A model generated the notes under the pieces. It did not search any database and had not been told where the DNA came from. It saw only the letters and a list, made by a program, of their open reading frames with translations. This document shows, piece by piece, positions 1-13,866 of a stretch of 64,000 nucleotides of DNA. The stretch is from Hormiphora californensis. Taxonomy: Eukaryota; Animalia; Ctenophora. Within the stretch, counting starts at the first letter, position 1, and each line of letters starts with the position of its first letter. The DNA lies in assembly GCA_020137815.1 (NCBI GenBank), contig CM035354.1, forward strand, positions 3,038,001-3,102,000, in the 5' to 3' direction. A program made the translations under genes and the position numbers.

Positions 1-39
1 GATATACCCTCATGCTCCATCTCTCACATCATGTGATTC

Positions 40-3000
40 TCACATTTGGTGTTTGTACTTCGTGTAGATGGCAAACAGGACACGGAGGGTAGATTTGAGG
101 TCCCGGCTAACAATACTCTCAGCGGTACACTTGGGCCTCTCTATACCTGCCTCCATCATCAGATTTAGGGCCAGGGTCACATTGTGCAACTGGGGAGGGA
201 GAGTAGGGCTAGATTTAGGGGGCAAATATCGTCTATCTAGACTAACCGCCTTGTAACAAATCAGCAGTTCTAAAACTCAATTAAGAATCAGCTAATCACC
301 TTGTGATCATATGCCTCTGGTTCCAGGGTAAACGAGTAGAGGGGAACATAGTAACTTTCAGCGATGGACATCATGAAGACAAGGTTCACACCACTAGCGA
401 AGTCTTCCTCTATGTTCGCACAGGTCCTGTCCATCTTAGAGAGCATGTTACTCGAGAATGTCAGGAGTTTCTGGGGAAGAAAGGATATGAATTCAACAGT
501 TTCTGGGGAAGAAAGGATATGAATTCAACAGTTTCTGGGGAAAATATCAAATTTAATCAATATATTTTATAGGGAGAGATATTAGATAGGTGGAGAGAAG
601 AGGGGTATAGTTTATTACGTTCTAATCCTCCTTTACATGTTTGTGACGCAGGGAAACAGGATCAAGCAAGCTCAAGGTAAAGAGCTCTAAACTCTAAAGC
701 TAAAGATTTAAAACGAGAGCACACAGCAAAAAGTCTCACCTCCTTGACATTGTTGACACGGTCGGGAGCGGAGTCAAACAGGGTATCAAAGACGTCTCTC
801 TCCTGTTGTCGGGCAGCAAAGTTGTATGTCCTGTGAAAAGGGGCTTATTGTTGAAATCGTGTCAAACATTGCCTAGCTCGACCCCCTTTTCGAAAGGGTT
901 AGAACATAATAACAAGTTAAGTCAAACAAGCAGAATCACAATTGATAAGCTCTCTCCTCACTACTATACCCCTAATCACTTACTCTCTCTCTCTCTCTCT
1001 CTCCTCACCCCCTAATAACTTACTCTCTCTCCTCATCTCCAGTGATCTGCTCTACATTCGTTTCCTCCGAGGGCTCAGGGTTTGCAGCGGATGCTTTCTG
1101 ATAGAGATATTATGGGTTTAAAAAGGTTTTACGTCATATCGAGTTTTGTCACAAACACACAGAATTCATATTTAAACTTGGAGCCCCCCCCCCCTCCACT
1201 AATTGGAACGCACCCAGAGGTTTAACTAAGAGACGATGTATTTACTCACGTTAATCTGGATAACCTTGATGGTCACGAAACTGGGTAACCGTTTTGGGAT
1301 TCCATAATGCCTCGCCAGCGCTACCAACAAGTGCAGAACGGAGGGAAGGTATTTATTGTGGACGTTGTCCACACTCCATTTGATGCTCTCTGGGTTCATC
1401 TGAAATTCAGGGTTCATCTGGATTGCTCCGTTAGTTCTCAGAAAGTCATGCTTTAGTTGTACAAGGGGACATGCTTTGGTATCATACAAGGAAAGGGGAA
1501 ACATGCTTTAATTTAATAAAAGAGGGACAGTGAGATGATACAAGGAAAGGGGGGAATTGATTAAATGCAAATAAGATGGGAAAGTACATGAAGACAGGCA
1601 GATATTCAATTTCGATATACACGAACAATTTAGGACGAATAGCAACATACAGTTTACCTGTACTGTAACATGCTATTGTAGCATATCTACCATGAGACAT
1701 GTGATATATCTAACATGTGACATGTCTAACATATCTAACATATATAACACATGTGTTATACCTGAAGGTAGTAATTGGTCTGGTTGAGGACCTCTGTTAG
1801 TTTAGCTTTCTGAGTGGCTACACTCTGGGCTACCTCCTTGTGCTCTATCTTCGCTCCGGCAAGGGATTCTGGAGGGGTAACACGTTTGTATAGGGGGTAC
1901 TATAAATTACCCAATAGTGTCATTTCGGGTTGAAATAAAATAACTTGACCAATGAATATACTGAATATTGCAGTTGGTTTACTATTGTTGAGTGTGGATA
2001 ATACTCAACAAATTAACAACATACGGTGGGGGGCATATTGGTTACGAAATAACCCCACTCTCTCTCGCCTCGCGACCTTCGCGCACGCTGGTAAGGGAGG
2101 GGTAACTTCGTGACCAAGGAACATACCAATGAGATGAGATAGGACCTGGCCATCATACAGATCCTCACAAAGATTCTTCACCACAATATGATCATCAGTC
2201 AGGACATCGTTAATCCACTCCCTCAACTGCTGCATCAGGGCCTTGATCTTTGGGTCACTGAGACTCTCCGAGGACACCTGCCTCTTGAACTCCGCACTCT
2301 CTGAAGTAAATAGAGGTATTTAGAGGGGTGAGAAGAAGAAGAGAAGAGGGGTGAGTATGAGCCATGAGGAAGGTGTTTCGAGGTGTGAGTGTGTGAGGGG
2401 TAGGGGTTGGGTTGTGTTTAGGGGTGTTAGGAAGGTGTGATTTGGGATGTAAACCAATAAACTGTGACATGTTTTACTAAGTGTACGGAAAGGTAAACCT
2501 GATGGTATAATGTTGGTCCTAGACTCCCCCTTCAGAATCATGATGATACTACCAAGACAACTACAACAAGAAGAGAAGAAAATACAAACTATAAATCTCT
2601 ATGCAATTAAATATTCAAATTGAAATGTTCTTGTATTGAGATTTACAGAGATCAGTCTGAACAAGACAAGAAGTGGACCACTAAAGTTGCTTTATTGTGA
2701 CCTTGATCAAACCAAATACACCCAAGAAAAGTTTGCGAAAAATTGGGGGAAAGAGCGAGAGAGAGAGAGAGGGAGAAGAAAGGGGAAAAGAGGGGGAGGA
2801 GGAGAGAGAAAAAAGCATAAGAAAATTTTTTGGGAGAGGGGGGAAGAGAAGGGCCCAAAAGGGGGTTTTTTTTTTTAAAAAAAAAAGGGGGGAAAAAAAA
2901 AACCCCCCTTAAAAACCCAAAGAAGGAACTTATTTGGATTAGCGCGGGGTTAGGTACTTTACAGGAAACCCAAAGACTTGTTAAACTAGACAGTAAAAAC

Positions 3001-6000
3001 TTGTAAAATTTGTTACAATTTTACAAAAACGTTATAACAAGACGGGACAATTGCGGTTTTTTCTAAAGAACACCTGCTTTCCCTGCAAGGGAGAAGAGAG
3101 GATAAATTACAAAATTAGGAGTAATTTTAAAACTTTCCCCCCCTCCCTCAACAATGGCAGCAAAATTTTTTGCACCCCCCACCCTGTAGCTTTATTATAT
3201 TTTCCTGTGGTTTTATTAAAATTTCTAGTGCCGCAATTAAGTAACTCACTTTTATTTTGCCATTTTGTGCAAGACACGAAGTACTCTGTACCCGTTATCC
3301 GTGTTTATCTGTTAAGTGCTAGTGAGAGACTTCGTGTTTTGCTCCTCTTGTGGGGGTCTCTCCCCCTCTCCCCCGGCCTTTCAATTCACCCACTTTGTTC
3401 TACCCGGTGAACCAATCCAGTAGTTTAAAATACTCCCACAATAAAAACAAGGCCCAGAAAATAAAACGCTTACCTCAATCTTTATCAGATAAATCGCTTT
3501 TGTTTTTTTAAAATGTTTTGTTTTTATGTTCAGTAATTATTGTTGTAAAATTTCTATTTTATAGTTCCTGTCACATTTCAAAGGGGGCTTCTGCCTTTTC
3601 AGTTGGGGTACTTTGTTGACCGTTTTCTGTGCCGGGTGGGGAGTTTTTGGCTGGGGTTGGTCCCTTTCCTGTGTTTTTGCTCCCCACGTATTTTTTTGGA
3701 GTTATTTTTTATATAGTTTTTTTCATTTCTTTATTTGGCATTGGCCTCTGTCCTTTTTGGGTTTCTCCCCCTTCCCCCCCCCTCCTTAGTCCCCCCTTTT
3801 TTTTCCCTTCCTAGTCAGGTCTGCGACCCTCCGGTTGATGGGCAGTGGCTTAGTGTCTGGGGTTTTCCCCGCATTTGTGTTTCCGGGGACGGGGGCCTCT
3901 GGGGGGCCGTAGGTTGCATTAGAGAGGCTTGGTAAGGACGGGCGGGCAGGGGGCTCTTGTGTGGGGGGGGGGATCGGGGTTTTATCCCCCCCTTCCCTCC
4001 CCGACCCAAATAGGTTTCATTCACGGGGGCATCTCTCCGGCGAGAAAGAGAAAAGTCTCCACTTACCAACCCAAAACAGTTCAGGATCAAAATATAGTTT
4101 TGTTGTTTTTATCACATAAACCCCCCTTTTCCGGGTGTCCTCTTTCCAAGCCACTCCTGGCTTTCCCGCACTGGGCACATTTTGTTTTATTGCCTTCTTG
4201 GGGCCAGGGCGACAGTTTTTCTCCGCTGTTTTTTTTTTCTCTCGGCCCCGGGATTTTTCGTTTGTTTTGGTTTGATAGCTTTTCCCGTTACGGTTCTTCT
4301 TTGGACAGGGGTTTCTGCTAGTTTGATAGTAGCAGTTTTCCACTTGGATCCGGGTCGTTTCTATTTATTCTTCTAGTTTTTGTTGGGCCCTTCTCTATCG
4401 CCGGCCTCTCCTTTATCTCTCTTTCCGATCCCTTTTCACACCCTTTTTTCCCCTTTTCCCTTCTCCAAAGGGGGTTTTGGATGTCACCGTTTTCTTAAGG
4501 AGGGGTTCCGGAATGGGAGATAAACATCGCTGTTGGCATAAATAATTACTGGAGGTTAAATTGGGGGCTTTTCTGGACCCGGCTTCATTTTGTCACCTTC
4601 CCGGAGCGGGGGTTTCCCCGTCGTCTGGTCTCTCTGTTTTCTCGCTGTTTTTCTCATCTCACCCTATCTCCGATCCAAGGGGGGGGGGGGGGGGGGGTCT
4701 GTGTGTGGGGTGGGTTAATTGGATTTTATCTTTTCCCCGGGGGGCCATTTATGGAAGACGATTCCTTGGGATGGTCCATCCATAAAAAATTACATACAAA
4801 CAGCACCTCATAAGTACATCTTAGTTATCCAGCCCGACCTTCATAATTACATTTCCCGCTAACCATCTTGCCTTCCTTGCGTTTAAGTCGCCAATTTCCT
4901 TCCCTGGCCTCGCTAGTCGTTTTGGGAAAGGAGGGGGTTTTGGGGGGATTCTGCCAATTTGGACTCCTTGGGGGTTTGGGGGGGTTTGTTGGTTGGGTGG
5001 GGATGGTAAGGTTTCCCCCTGTAGGTCTCCTTTCATTTGGGCGGGTTGTTAAAACCCTTTTTATTTTTCTCTCTCTTTAAAAAATATTTTTTTCTCTTTC
5101 TCTCTCTCTCTCCTCTCTCCTCTCCCCTTTTTCTCTCTCTCTCTCTTCCTCTCTCTCTCTCTCTCTCTCCTCTCCTCTCTCCTCTCTCTCTTTCTCTCTC
5201 TCTCTCCTCTCTTCCCTCTCTTCCACTCCCCTCCTTCTCCCTTTTTTCTCTCTCTCTTTCCTTTTTTTCTTTCTTCCCTTCCCCCAAAACAAAAATACAT
5301 GACCGCCCCCCCCCCTTTCCTCCTTTTCCCCTCTCCCTCCCTTGTTTTTTCTTTTTTCCCCACCCAACCCACGTGAAACCAAAATAAATCAGAACAATAC
5401 GGGGTTATTTGAACACTAACCGTAACAAGCCCGCAGCCCCTTGCCCCTTTTTTCCCCAATTTTCCCATGTGTGGGCAAAAGGGATTAATTGACCTCAAAA
5501 ACCCATGCCCAAAATCCCCGGGGGATTTTAAAACTGTAAAACCCGTGGGCAGCCGGCCGGTTTTAACCAAGGGGGGGCAGAGACGGGGAAACCACAAAAA
5601 AAAAAAGGATTGGGGTATAAGAATTCCGGCCCCTCAAAATCCTTTTCAGGTCTTGAAATACCTTAAAAACCGGGGACTATGGAGGGAAAATGGGTTAACA
5701 GGGGTGACAAAATTTGCAGGGGTTTCCCAAAAAAAAAAAAAAAAAAAGTGCTAGTGAGAGTGATAACTCGACATGAAGCTGAACTCTTTGCCAAGAGTCT
5801 CTTGATAATATCTAAATGATCTGCACATAATGGTGATGATATAGGGTTCACGTGTCAGAGCATTGGCCCTATTCTCAGCATGTTACAATCAATGAAACGT
5901 ACCGTACATTCCGGACTCCATTGCGTTGCTAGCAGCTTGTTTCAGGGCCTCCTCCTTTGCTCGCTCTAACTCGTCAACTGAGAAATGGAGGATGTTAGCA

Positions 6001-8888
6001 GAAATATATAGGAGTAGGAGAGGCTGATAGTTATATCAAAAACGAAGGGTAAATTCCGTTCTACCCCCATCAGTTGCAGAAAGAGCTTATCACTGCGCTG
6101 GCAAGCGCAAAGGTGGCCCCATTCAACCCCCCGAAAAAATTCCCCCAAAAAACGGCCCGCTTGCTCACAGCGTATATATAGTTATTTCATACTTTTAGCC
6201 CATTTTGGCACTTTTCGACACGCCATAACTCCGGAACCGGATGAGCTAGGAAGCTGAAATTTTGTACTCAGAAGCTTCTTGTAGACATCTATCGATGGTA
6301 AAAATTTCAAGTGGCTAGCTCAATTTGTTAAAAAGTTATAACACCACCCCCAAAACAGAAAATTCAGTGTGGGGATAACCTAGGTTGATATATACATACA
6401 TAGATGTATAGACGCTTTGTTACCTTCCGTTTGGTCCCAGTTTGAGACAAACCAGACATCGTACGACCTTAAACCAAGCAGCATTCGACAGATAATTGTC
6501 TTGTGCATGTACCCATTCTGGTGGCGACTCTCCATCTTGCCTATAACGTGCGCAATGACGTCACGAGTGACGTCATTGCGTGAGACCGACTAACTTTTTT
6601 CAAACGCCTCTAGCACCCTGAAGACGTGTTCCGATTTCTGATTTGACAAAAAATCGTTACCGGCAAATCGTCTAAACTTTCAGATACTAAATTGCGAATT
6701 TTCGTAGCTGATCATTTTGAGCCCTTAAATCGCGTCGGAAGTCAAAAATTTGACGAAAAATTCAGCAAATTGAACGTTTTTCTAACAAAAACTCCCTTTC
6801 CTGACCACTGTGGTCAATAAAACTTTACAAGCTCCTTTGGGGTATTTATTCAAAATATATCGTGATGCAATTACGTCGTTACGACGTCACTAATTACGTC
6901 AAATGACGTCATAATGACGTCTAAAATACGATTTTCACAGAAATTCGTCTCGTTTCTCATATATCGCATTATTAAAAACCAAAAAGGGACCTAAATTAAG
7001 CCAAAAACTAATTGAATTAGTTGGCGGGAAAGGTGGCCCACTTACACCTTTGCCTGCTGCCGGGATCAGGGATATAAGAGGGAGAGAGAGAGAGAGACAG
7101 GGAGGAGAGAGGGATAGAACGAACAGGAATAAGTTACCCTTGAAAAATAGGAGATTGAGATACCGAGCTGGAGGGAGAGAATGAGAGTTCGTGGTGATAC
7201 CCGGCAGTAGAAAAAGGTGTAAGTGGGCCACCTTTCCCGCCAACTAATTCAATTAGTTTTTGGCTTATTATATATATATGTACTCCCCATGTTACAATAG
7301 TTACTAGATAGTTACTATAGTTAGCTGTACAAAAGTGACCTGAATATTTGACACCGTACAAGTAATTTCTACGTGGCATTTCCCACAAACACGCAAACAC
7401 TCAAATAACAGACAAGAGCGGAGATGATAATATCTCTCAGATAATGACACTGATCACTGATCCTCCTGCAAATTACCGTCATTAACAATAGGACCTTTAA
7501 TGGACTAATCACGGCATGGCGGCTTTTAAAATACAGATCTTACAAGAAGGTTAAATTTGTGTGGCTTACAATCCCATTTTATTTCATAAAGCACGCTCTG
7601 TGAGGGTTCAGTAGATCAAGGTTTAATAGCTGCATACCACGAAGAAGACGAGTCACCATTTGTCACCATGATTACCCCCCCCCCCCCCCCCCACAAAGAA
7701 CAAACCTTCCCTGAAAGCTGAAATACTCTTCTTCATTCTTCCAACAGCAATTTCACTAGTATTACACAACAGCAGCTGATATGTACACAACAAGTGTAGA
7801 AAGAAAACACGGTACACCTCTGTTGACATACAATACACCTTTTATCTCCCTACTTCCTCTCTTATTATTAGATCTCTGTGTACTGGTGTAGCACTTCCCT
7901 TCCGCACCGTTTTACCCAAAATTTACTGCTTGAGTCTCGACCCTCTCTAACGGCACCCTTGGTGTAAAGAAGGGTTAGACCATACCAGTCCAGCTACTAC
8001 TACTGTGTGTTATACACCTCTTACCTCTAACATACAACACCTCTATAATACCTCCCACGCCCAGGACGTGTCCACACCACCCAATCTATCCTAGTACCGC
8101 TCTTTATCACTACCTTCAATGGGATTTTCACTGACGGGTGCCGCCGGTTGAGTGGCCGGTGTGGCACCCCCTCCTCCGGTTGAAGGGGTAGTGGATTTCT
8201 GACGACCCAACAGAGTCTGTAAGAGAGTCATTTTCAGAAATACACACAAAAAGACACAAGTGCACACAAACACGCACACGTTATATATTAGGAGATGCTT
8301 TAAACGAATTTTTCCTTTCCAAAGGACTTGCACTCATTGGCTCATGGCAGGTCACGTGGTCTAATACCGGGTTTCTATTGGTTGATTTCTTTTCTCGGTT
8401 GTTCACCGGCTTGTCAACAACTCAGTCCTCTCTCTCTAGTTCTACACACTCCCGGACACACACATATATAACTCCATGTTAGGCCATGAGTCTCTCTTCC
8501 TTTTTTACCTCAGTCCTCATCCTCTCTACTTTTCTCTCTATCCCACTATCCTTTTCTCTCTCTCTTTTCTCTCTCTCTTTTCCTCCCATAGTTACGTACC
8601 ACATCTGGGTTTTGGCCCTGGATCTGCCTCTGTTGAGGCACTCAAACAGGACAGAAGAGGCGTCTTTTTCGTCATCGCAACAGAATTTAGGAAACACACA
8701 ACCCAAAACCAACCAGGAGTTAATCAGGACGAAATGAGGATTAGGTTTAAATAGATCTTCCTGATATTGCAGCTTGAAACTACAAAAAAAGTAATTTTAG
8801 AAAGTGTTCTGCAAGAAACTGATCTTCAATCTATTCCCAGGCCAACTTATCGAACAATCACCGACAACGATGCATGAAGCAGAGAGAT

Positions 8889-8949
<61 letters not shown>

Positions 8950-11900
8950 GTGAGAGAGGGGGAGAGAGAGGGGGAGAGAGGAGAGAGAGAGAGAAAAGGG
9001 GGGGAGAGGGAGAGAGAGAGGAGAAAAAAAAGGGGGGGGGGGAGAAAGGGAAGAAAGGGGGGGGGTTTTTTGGGGGGGGGGGGGGGGGGGGGGGGTCCCC
9101 CCGGGGGGGGGGGGGGGGGGGTGGGGGGCCCCCCCCCCCCCCAAAAAAAAAAAAAAAAATTTTTTTTTGGGGGGGAAAAAGTTTAAATGGCGGGAAAAAG
9201 GAGAAAAAAGAAGAAAGATAAAAAAATTTTTCCTCCCCGCCTTTTTTTTTTCTGTTTCTCTCCCTCCCTCCCCTCTTCTTTTCTTCTCCCTTTTCTTCCC
9301 TCCTTTTCCTCTTCCTTTCCTTTTCTTTCCAAAAAAGAGAGAATCTTTTTTCGGGGGGGTTTTCCCCCTTCTACTCTCAACACATTAATTTCCTTTATTT
9401 TTATCAATTACCCTTTTCCTTTTCCCTTTACCCACCGTCTACACGTATAACAACCACCCGGATCAAGCAAACTTTTGTTTACCCCCCTCCCTTTCCCACT
9501 CCAAAAAAACATAACAAAAACACCCCTTTTCTCTATACCCCTTACTGTAAAATGTTCTGGTACACTTATTTTACAAATTTTAACCGTCCCCTCAATTACA
9601 GGCGTATCAACTCTATTATTTGATAAATTTAAGGACCAGGAAATTTCAAATTACGTTTTTTTTCCCTTAAGAAGTTAGGTATGGGGGGGGTCCCCTGCCC
9701 CCACCCCCCTCCTCCCACCCCCCTTTTGGGGGGGTTAGAGGGGGCACCGCGATAGTATCAAGATTTCATTGGGGGGGCAGGGGAGGAAACTATAAAAAAC
9801 CCCCCAAAAACACGGTGTTGCCCTTCTACTACTGGTAGTAGGGCAAAAGGGGTAAAAAAAAAAAAAAGGGGGGGGGGGGGGGTTTTTCCCCTTTTTTTTC
9901 CCCCTCTTTTTCTTTTTTCTCTCCTCTCTCTTTTCCCCCTTTCTTTGCTCTCTTCTCTTCCCTTTAAAATCACTTTTCTTCTTTTATTATCTCCCCACCC
10001 GGTTGCCCCCTTTTTTTAAAGGATGTTATATCCTATCACTTTATCCAATACATATTACAATCCCAATCTGGTCACTACTAAAAGTGGTATAATCAAGTGT
10101 TGTATCGTAGGGTATTCAACATGTCTCGCACCACAGCTTTAGTTAAATACCAGCTGTTGTTACAGGATTTACTACTTACTTATCATGGGATCGGGGGTGG
10201 TTAACAGATAGAACTCGCTAGCGAGGGATGACACACTCTCGTCTCCCCAACTACTGTCCCTTACACCACCGTCACAACATAACATTTTAGGTAGTCTGGT
10301 GGGCATTGCAGGACAAACAACTACTATCACCAGGGCACTCATTATTTAGGTGCCGGCAGGCACCTCCGACCCGAAGAAAAAAAAACAGGAAAAACGAAGA
10401 AAAAAAATTGCCCCTGGCCCTGCACCAAAATCCAAAAAGTGACGGCCCTTACGTTTACTTACAACAAAGAGTGAATTTTTGGGGGGGGGGGGGCAATTTC
10501 AGGCAGCGATTGTGGCCACACCGTTTAAGATGTGAAATTTTGTAGGCATGTTCTAATAGTATAACTACGTGTCATAACGGAGCCGGATTTTTGATTTTTT
10601 TTAACTAATTAATTAATTATAAGCAATTAAAAATCAGCCCCTGCATATGGCGTGTTTTGTACCCTGCACCGTGCCCCTGCAGAGACGGATGCCTAATTAA
10701 TTAACTTTGCCCCTGCGGCCAGCACACAAAATGTGCCCCTGCACATTTCATTTCATACACGAACTGTGGCCACACCGTTTGACATTTTGACCTAAAACTT
10801 TGCATGCATGTTCCAATAGTATAATTACGAGTCATAAATGAGCCGGGTATTTGATTGATACATTAATTGCTTGTTTATAAGCTATAACAATGCCCCTTTT
10901 TGTTATACATGCTCATTTCAGCTCAGGCACCTGCCTGTGCATTGTGCACAATGAAATGGATAAATTTTCATCCAGTGGCTGGCGGTAGAACTCGATAGAG
11001 TTCGATTGATTTATCATGACAACGGAGTTGGTTACCATAGCAACCAGGAAATTCGCCGTAAAATAGTGTGTGTAATATTGTGGCGCACAGTACACATTAA
11101 CATATGATAAGCACGCAAAACAATTCTGTGTACGGCAAAGGGTGAACAGTTGAAAAAATGGACTTTATTTTTATATGCAATCAATTTAAGATCAGGGGAA
11201 GAAATAAGCTGTTCTGGAGGTAGGAAGCCTCATTTATATATGCCAATAAAACCATGACATACAGTGTCGCTATAAAAAGCATAAAGAGACCCTCTATAAT
11301 AGTACAAGCAAGATAGTCAAAAGTCTTGATAGGGGAAGACCGAAAGAATGCGCTTCTCTCTGAGAAACTAGGGCGTGGCGTCTCTTTAAAACTGATTCCT
11401 GACCACCCACCAACACAAAGCTAGGTAACCCTTCCCTTCTCTAGAAGATGGTTAGAGGGAAGAAAACTATTTATGCACTCATTTATCTCTCCCTTCTTTC
11501 TCCATTTTTTAAATTCTCTCTCCACTTCTCTCTATCTCTCTCACCCTCTCTCCGAGCTCTAGTAAACCCGGCTAGATATACCATCTAACGCGTTAAAAAG
11601 TCACGCCGTACTCGTCTGCTCCTAGAGTTTCACAATCAAACCGCTGCTAAACTGTGGGATAAAAATACTAAACAGAAAGATCGTGTATCAGCTGATAACT
11701 ATTTATCACCGTTTATTACAGTTTATAATCCACGCGTTGGGTTGAGAATTTCTAAAATTTTGGCTGTCAGAAAATCATCACCACTTCATCATGTCAGTAT
11801 TTTTCAATTTTCATATTGTAGTAGCAAATTGATTATTGGTAGCAAGTAAAAAAAGTTATTGGGCGTCAAAAACTAACAATGTATGCTTTTTGCGCGTTTT

Positions 11901-13866
11901 TGACTCTGTGAACCATACTAGTAACGAGGCATGAGGGGCGCTGTGCGTGTGGCAGATTGTATTAACTGAGCATGCTCAGTGAGCAGTGACTGAGCAGTTA
12001 TTCTTGTTCTGCCATCTGTCTGTCTGGATCTGTGTCTTAACAACTCTGTGTCCCTATTTAGCAGCAAGGAAAGTAGCCGGACAGAAAATCTAAAACCAGG
12101 ATGGTTGGTGAAGTACAGCAGCCGGTACTGTGCGACTATCCGGAAGTGGGATCGCTTACTCCACGACCGTTCCTGAAAACAGAGCAAATTATGGTTGATC
12201 CTCCCCATATAAAAACTGAACCAGAAGATTTTAAAGTATTCCCAGAAGTTGGTACCGATCCAGGATGCATCAAACAGGACGAAGGAGAGGTAGATTGTAA
12301 AATAGAGCCTGGTCTAGTGAAGATGGAACCAGTATCCGAGAATTCCGATACCTCAACTTTACCGATCCCATTGCATACAATTCCACAAGAGGGTGAGTTA
12401 TTCAGAAACAATATGTTTTGTCTGTTTGTTTTTTTAAATTGTTTTTATAGTTCTCTGAGAGAACTTCTCTCCTGTATCCTTTTTTTGGCAAGGGAGTATG
12501 TGTAACTTTAATAGTGTCCAGTAATTAATTAATCCGTGTTCCTTTGTTTTTATTACCAGTAAAATCCAAGAGTGTGTAACAATTGTTCAGGAAAAGGTAC
12601 TTTCGAATGTGAGGAATGCGGTAAAAAGTTATCAACATCTAGAGGATTCAGACGCCACTATAAGACACATACGGGATATCGGCCTCATGAATGTAAGGAT
12701 TGTGGTAAAAGGTTTGCTGAATCATATAATCTAAAAACACACCAAAGGATCCATACCGGAGAACGTCCATACGAATGTAAACAGTGTGGAAAATGGTTTA
12801 CCAGATCTACTACTTATTATACTCACATGATGAAACATACGGGATACGGACATTTGATCATACACGCGTTGGTTTGAGAATTTCTAAAATCTGGGCATTT
12901 AAATATCTGTCAGAAAATCGCCACTACTCCATCGTGTCAGTGTTTCTCATATATATCAGTTAAGACAGCTTAACTAATAGGTTGTCTCATTTTGAAAATA
13001 ACTAGTAACTACCCAGCAGGAACCGACCGACACAAGTAAACAACCAATCAGAACTCGTTATTTAGGTCACGTGATTGGTTATCAGCCAATCAGGGACCAG
13101 TATTACCTGGTTCAGTCGGTTCATGCTACCCAGTGGGTAGCACCGGTGACAGCTTTCTGAAGGGGTACCCACCTCTAGGGGAGATTATCCCAGTTATTCT
13201 ACAACCTGATTTAGGGCGATCAAAGTACTTCTGGAAACAACCTCACACCAAGTGGACTGAACTATCACGTATATCAGGGGGTACCCACTACACCTTTTAG
13301 GGAGATTGGACCACTGCCGGGGGAGGGGGGGATACCCACCTTTTAGGGAGATTGAACCACTGCTGCACTCGCTTTATCAATACACTAGCACGAAACAAAG
13401 AATGGTATAGAGCTACTATTAAACCATGTGGATTCCACACACACACACTGCATGGGTGGGCTAACTTGGTTAGACATATCACACACAATAGCACAACCCT
13501 GTCTCTTTCATTAAGCAGTGCACAGCTGTACTCAGTACATGTGCCACCGCCTCTCCAAATGTCAATACATTATCCCAATACACCACAAACTTACAAAATG
13601 CTGTGGATTCTCAGCAGGAGGGTGGCTCTTCTCAGCAATATTTCAAACCAAAATACAGAACATAAATGTCCCCCATTCCCCCGTGAATGCAAAATCACAC
13701 AAATCACCCCCAGCCCGCACTTACCCTCTCCCCGTTGGTGTCGTTTCCTTCTGCTCAAGGTATTAGTTAGAGTATCAATCTTAGCAGAAAAGGACCTATC
13801 TCTGGGTCCCTCATCGCTCTTGTTTGAACTCACTGATCCCAAATCTCTCCGACTTGACATAGACAT
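40..13866 (-). CDS. PARV: Parvin (alpha/beta-parvin-like, two calponin-homology domains), multi-exon
   Basis: Phase-consistent GT-AG exons: 13725-13866 (SFSAKIDTLTNTLSRRK), 5903-5977 (VDELERAKEE), 2127-2300 (SDPKIKALMQQLREWINDVL..EDLYDGQVL), 1762-1868, 1250-1399 (IKWSVDNVHNK..LHLLVALARHY), 1024-1097, 740-830 (ERDVFDTLFDSAPD), 300-470, 40-189 (LHNVTLALNLMMEAG..DLKSTLRVLFAIYTKYK). These are parvin family motifs. Confidence 0.92.
6172..6395. mobile_element. Short interspersed repeat / putative MITE with short terminal inverted repeats
   Basis: Bounded by gtatatat...atatatac and non-coding, in a parvin intron. The terminal match is only ~8 bp and there is one copy in the window. Confidence 0.3.
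6997..7267. mobile_element. MITE (non-autonomous TIR element)
   Basis: taagccaaaaactaattgaattagttggcgggaaaggtggcccacttacacctt at 6997-7050 has an exact reverse complement at 7214-7267, and an imperfect match extends ~20 bp further inward. Both ends have TA. Confidence 0.8.
8114..8231 (-). CDS. Candidate alternative first coding exon of parvin
   Basis: Reads MTLLQTLLGRQKSTTP...ENPIE and ends at AAG|GTAGTG in phase 1, in frame with the parvin exon starting at 5977. An E-box (ggtcacgtgg) and an ATTGG/CCAAT lie upstream at ~8350-8385. Confidence 0.5.
10301..10895. repeat. Degenerate repeat element with internal ~80-bp direct duplication and gcccctgca motifs
   Basis: tgtggccacaccgttt...gcatgttc.aatagtataa.tacg.gtcataa occurs at ~10511-10587 and ~10766-10847. 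The ends are short inverted gggcattg/caatgccc. Confidence 0.4.
12101..12877 (+). CDS. C2H2 zinc-finger protein (3 fingers), nested antisense in parvin intron 1
   Basis: Exon 12101-12392 (repeated IKTEP/KIEP/KMEP motifs, donor G|GTGAG) is in phase with exon 12591-12877, which has three CxxC-x12-HxxxH fingers and TGYRPH/TGERPY linkers. Confidence 0.85.
13017..13125. mobile_element. 109-bp MITE, hAT-like, copy 1
   Basis: Imperfect TIR caggaaccgaccga / tcagtcggttcatg, with a perfect 8-bp TSD ctacccag (13009-13016, 13126-13133). A near-identical copy is at 14581. Confidence 0.88.

Noticed and set aside
4821-5036. GDLNAR resembling an AP-endonuclease motif (possible decayed LINE)
   Set aside because: A single short motif in degraded sequence, with no supporting RT motifs that I can read.
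2740-5750. Many overlapping ORFs and G/C/A/T-run-rich sequence in a parvin intron
   Set aside because: Homopolymer-inflated sequence next to (GA)n tracts looks like low-quality consensus, and the translations are low-complexity.
8874-10020. E/R/G/K-rich and P/L/S-rich ORFs, G-quadruplex-like G runs
   Set aside because: (GA)n microsatellite followed by long homopolymers; probably a sequencing artefact and non-coding.
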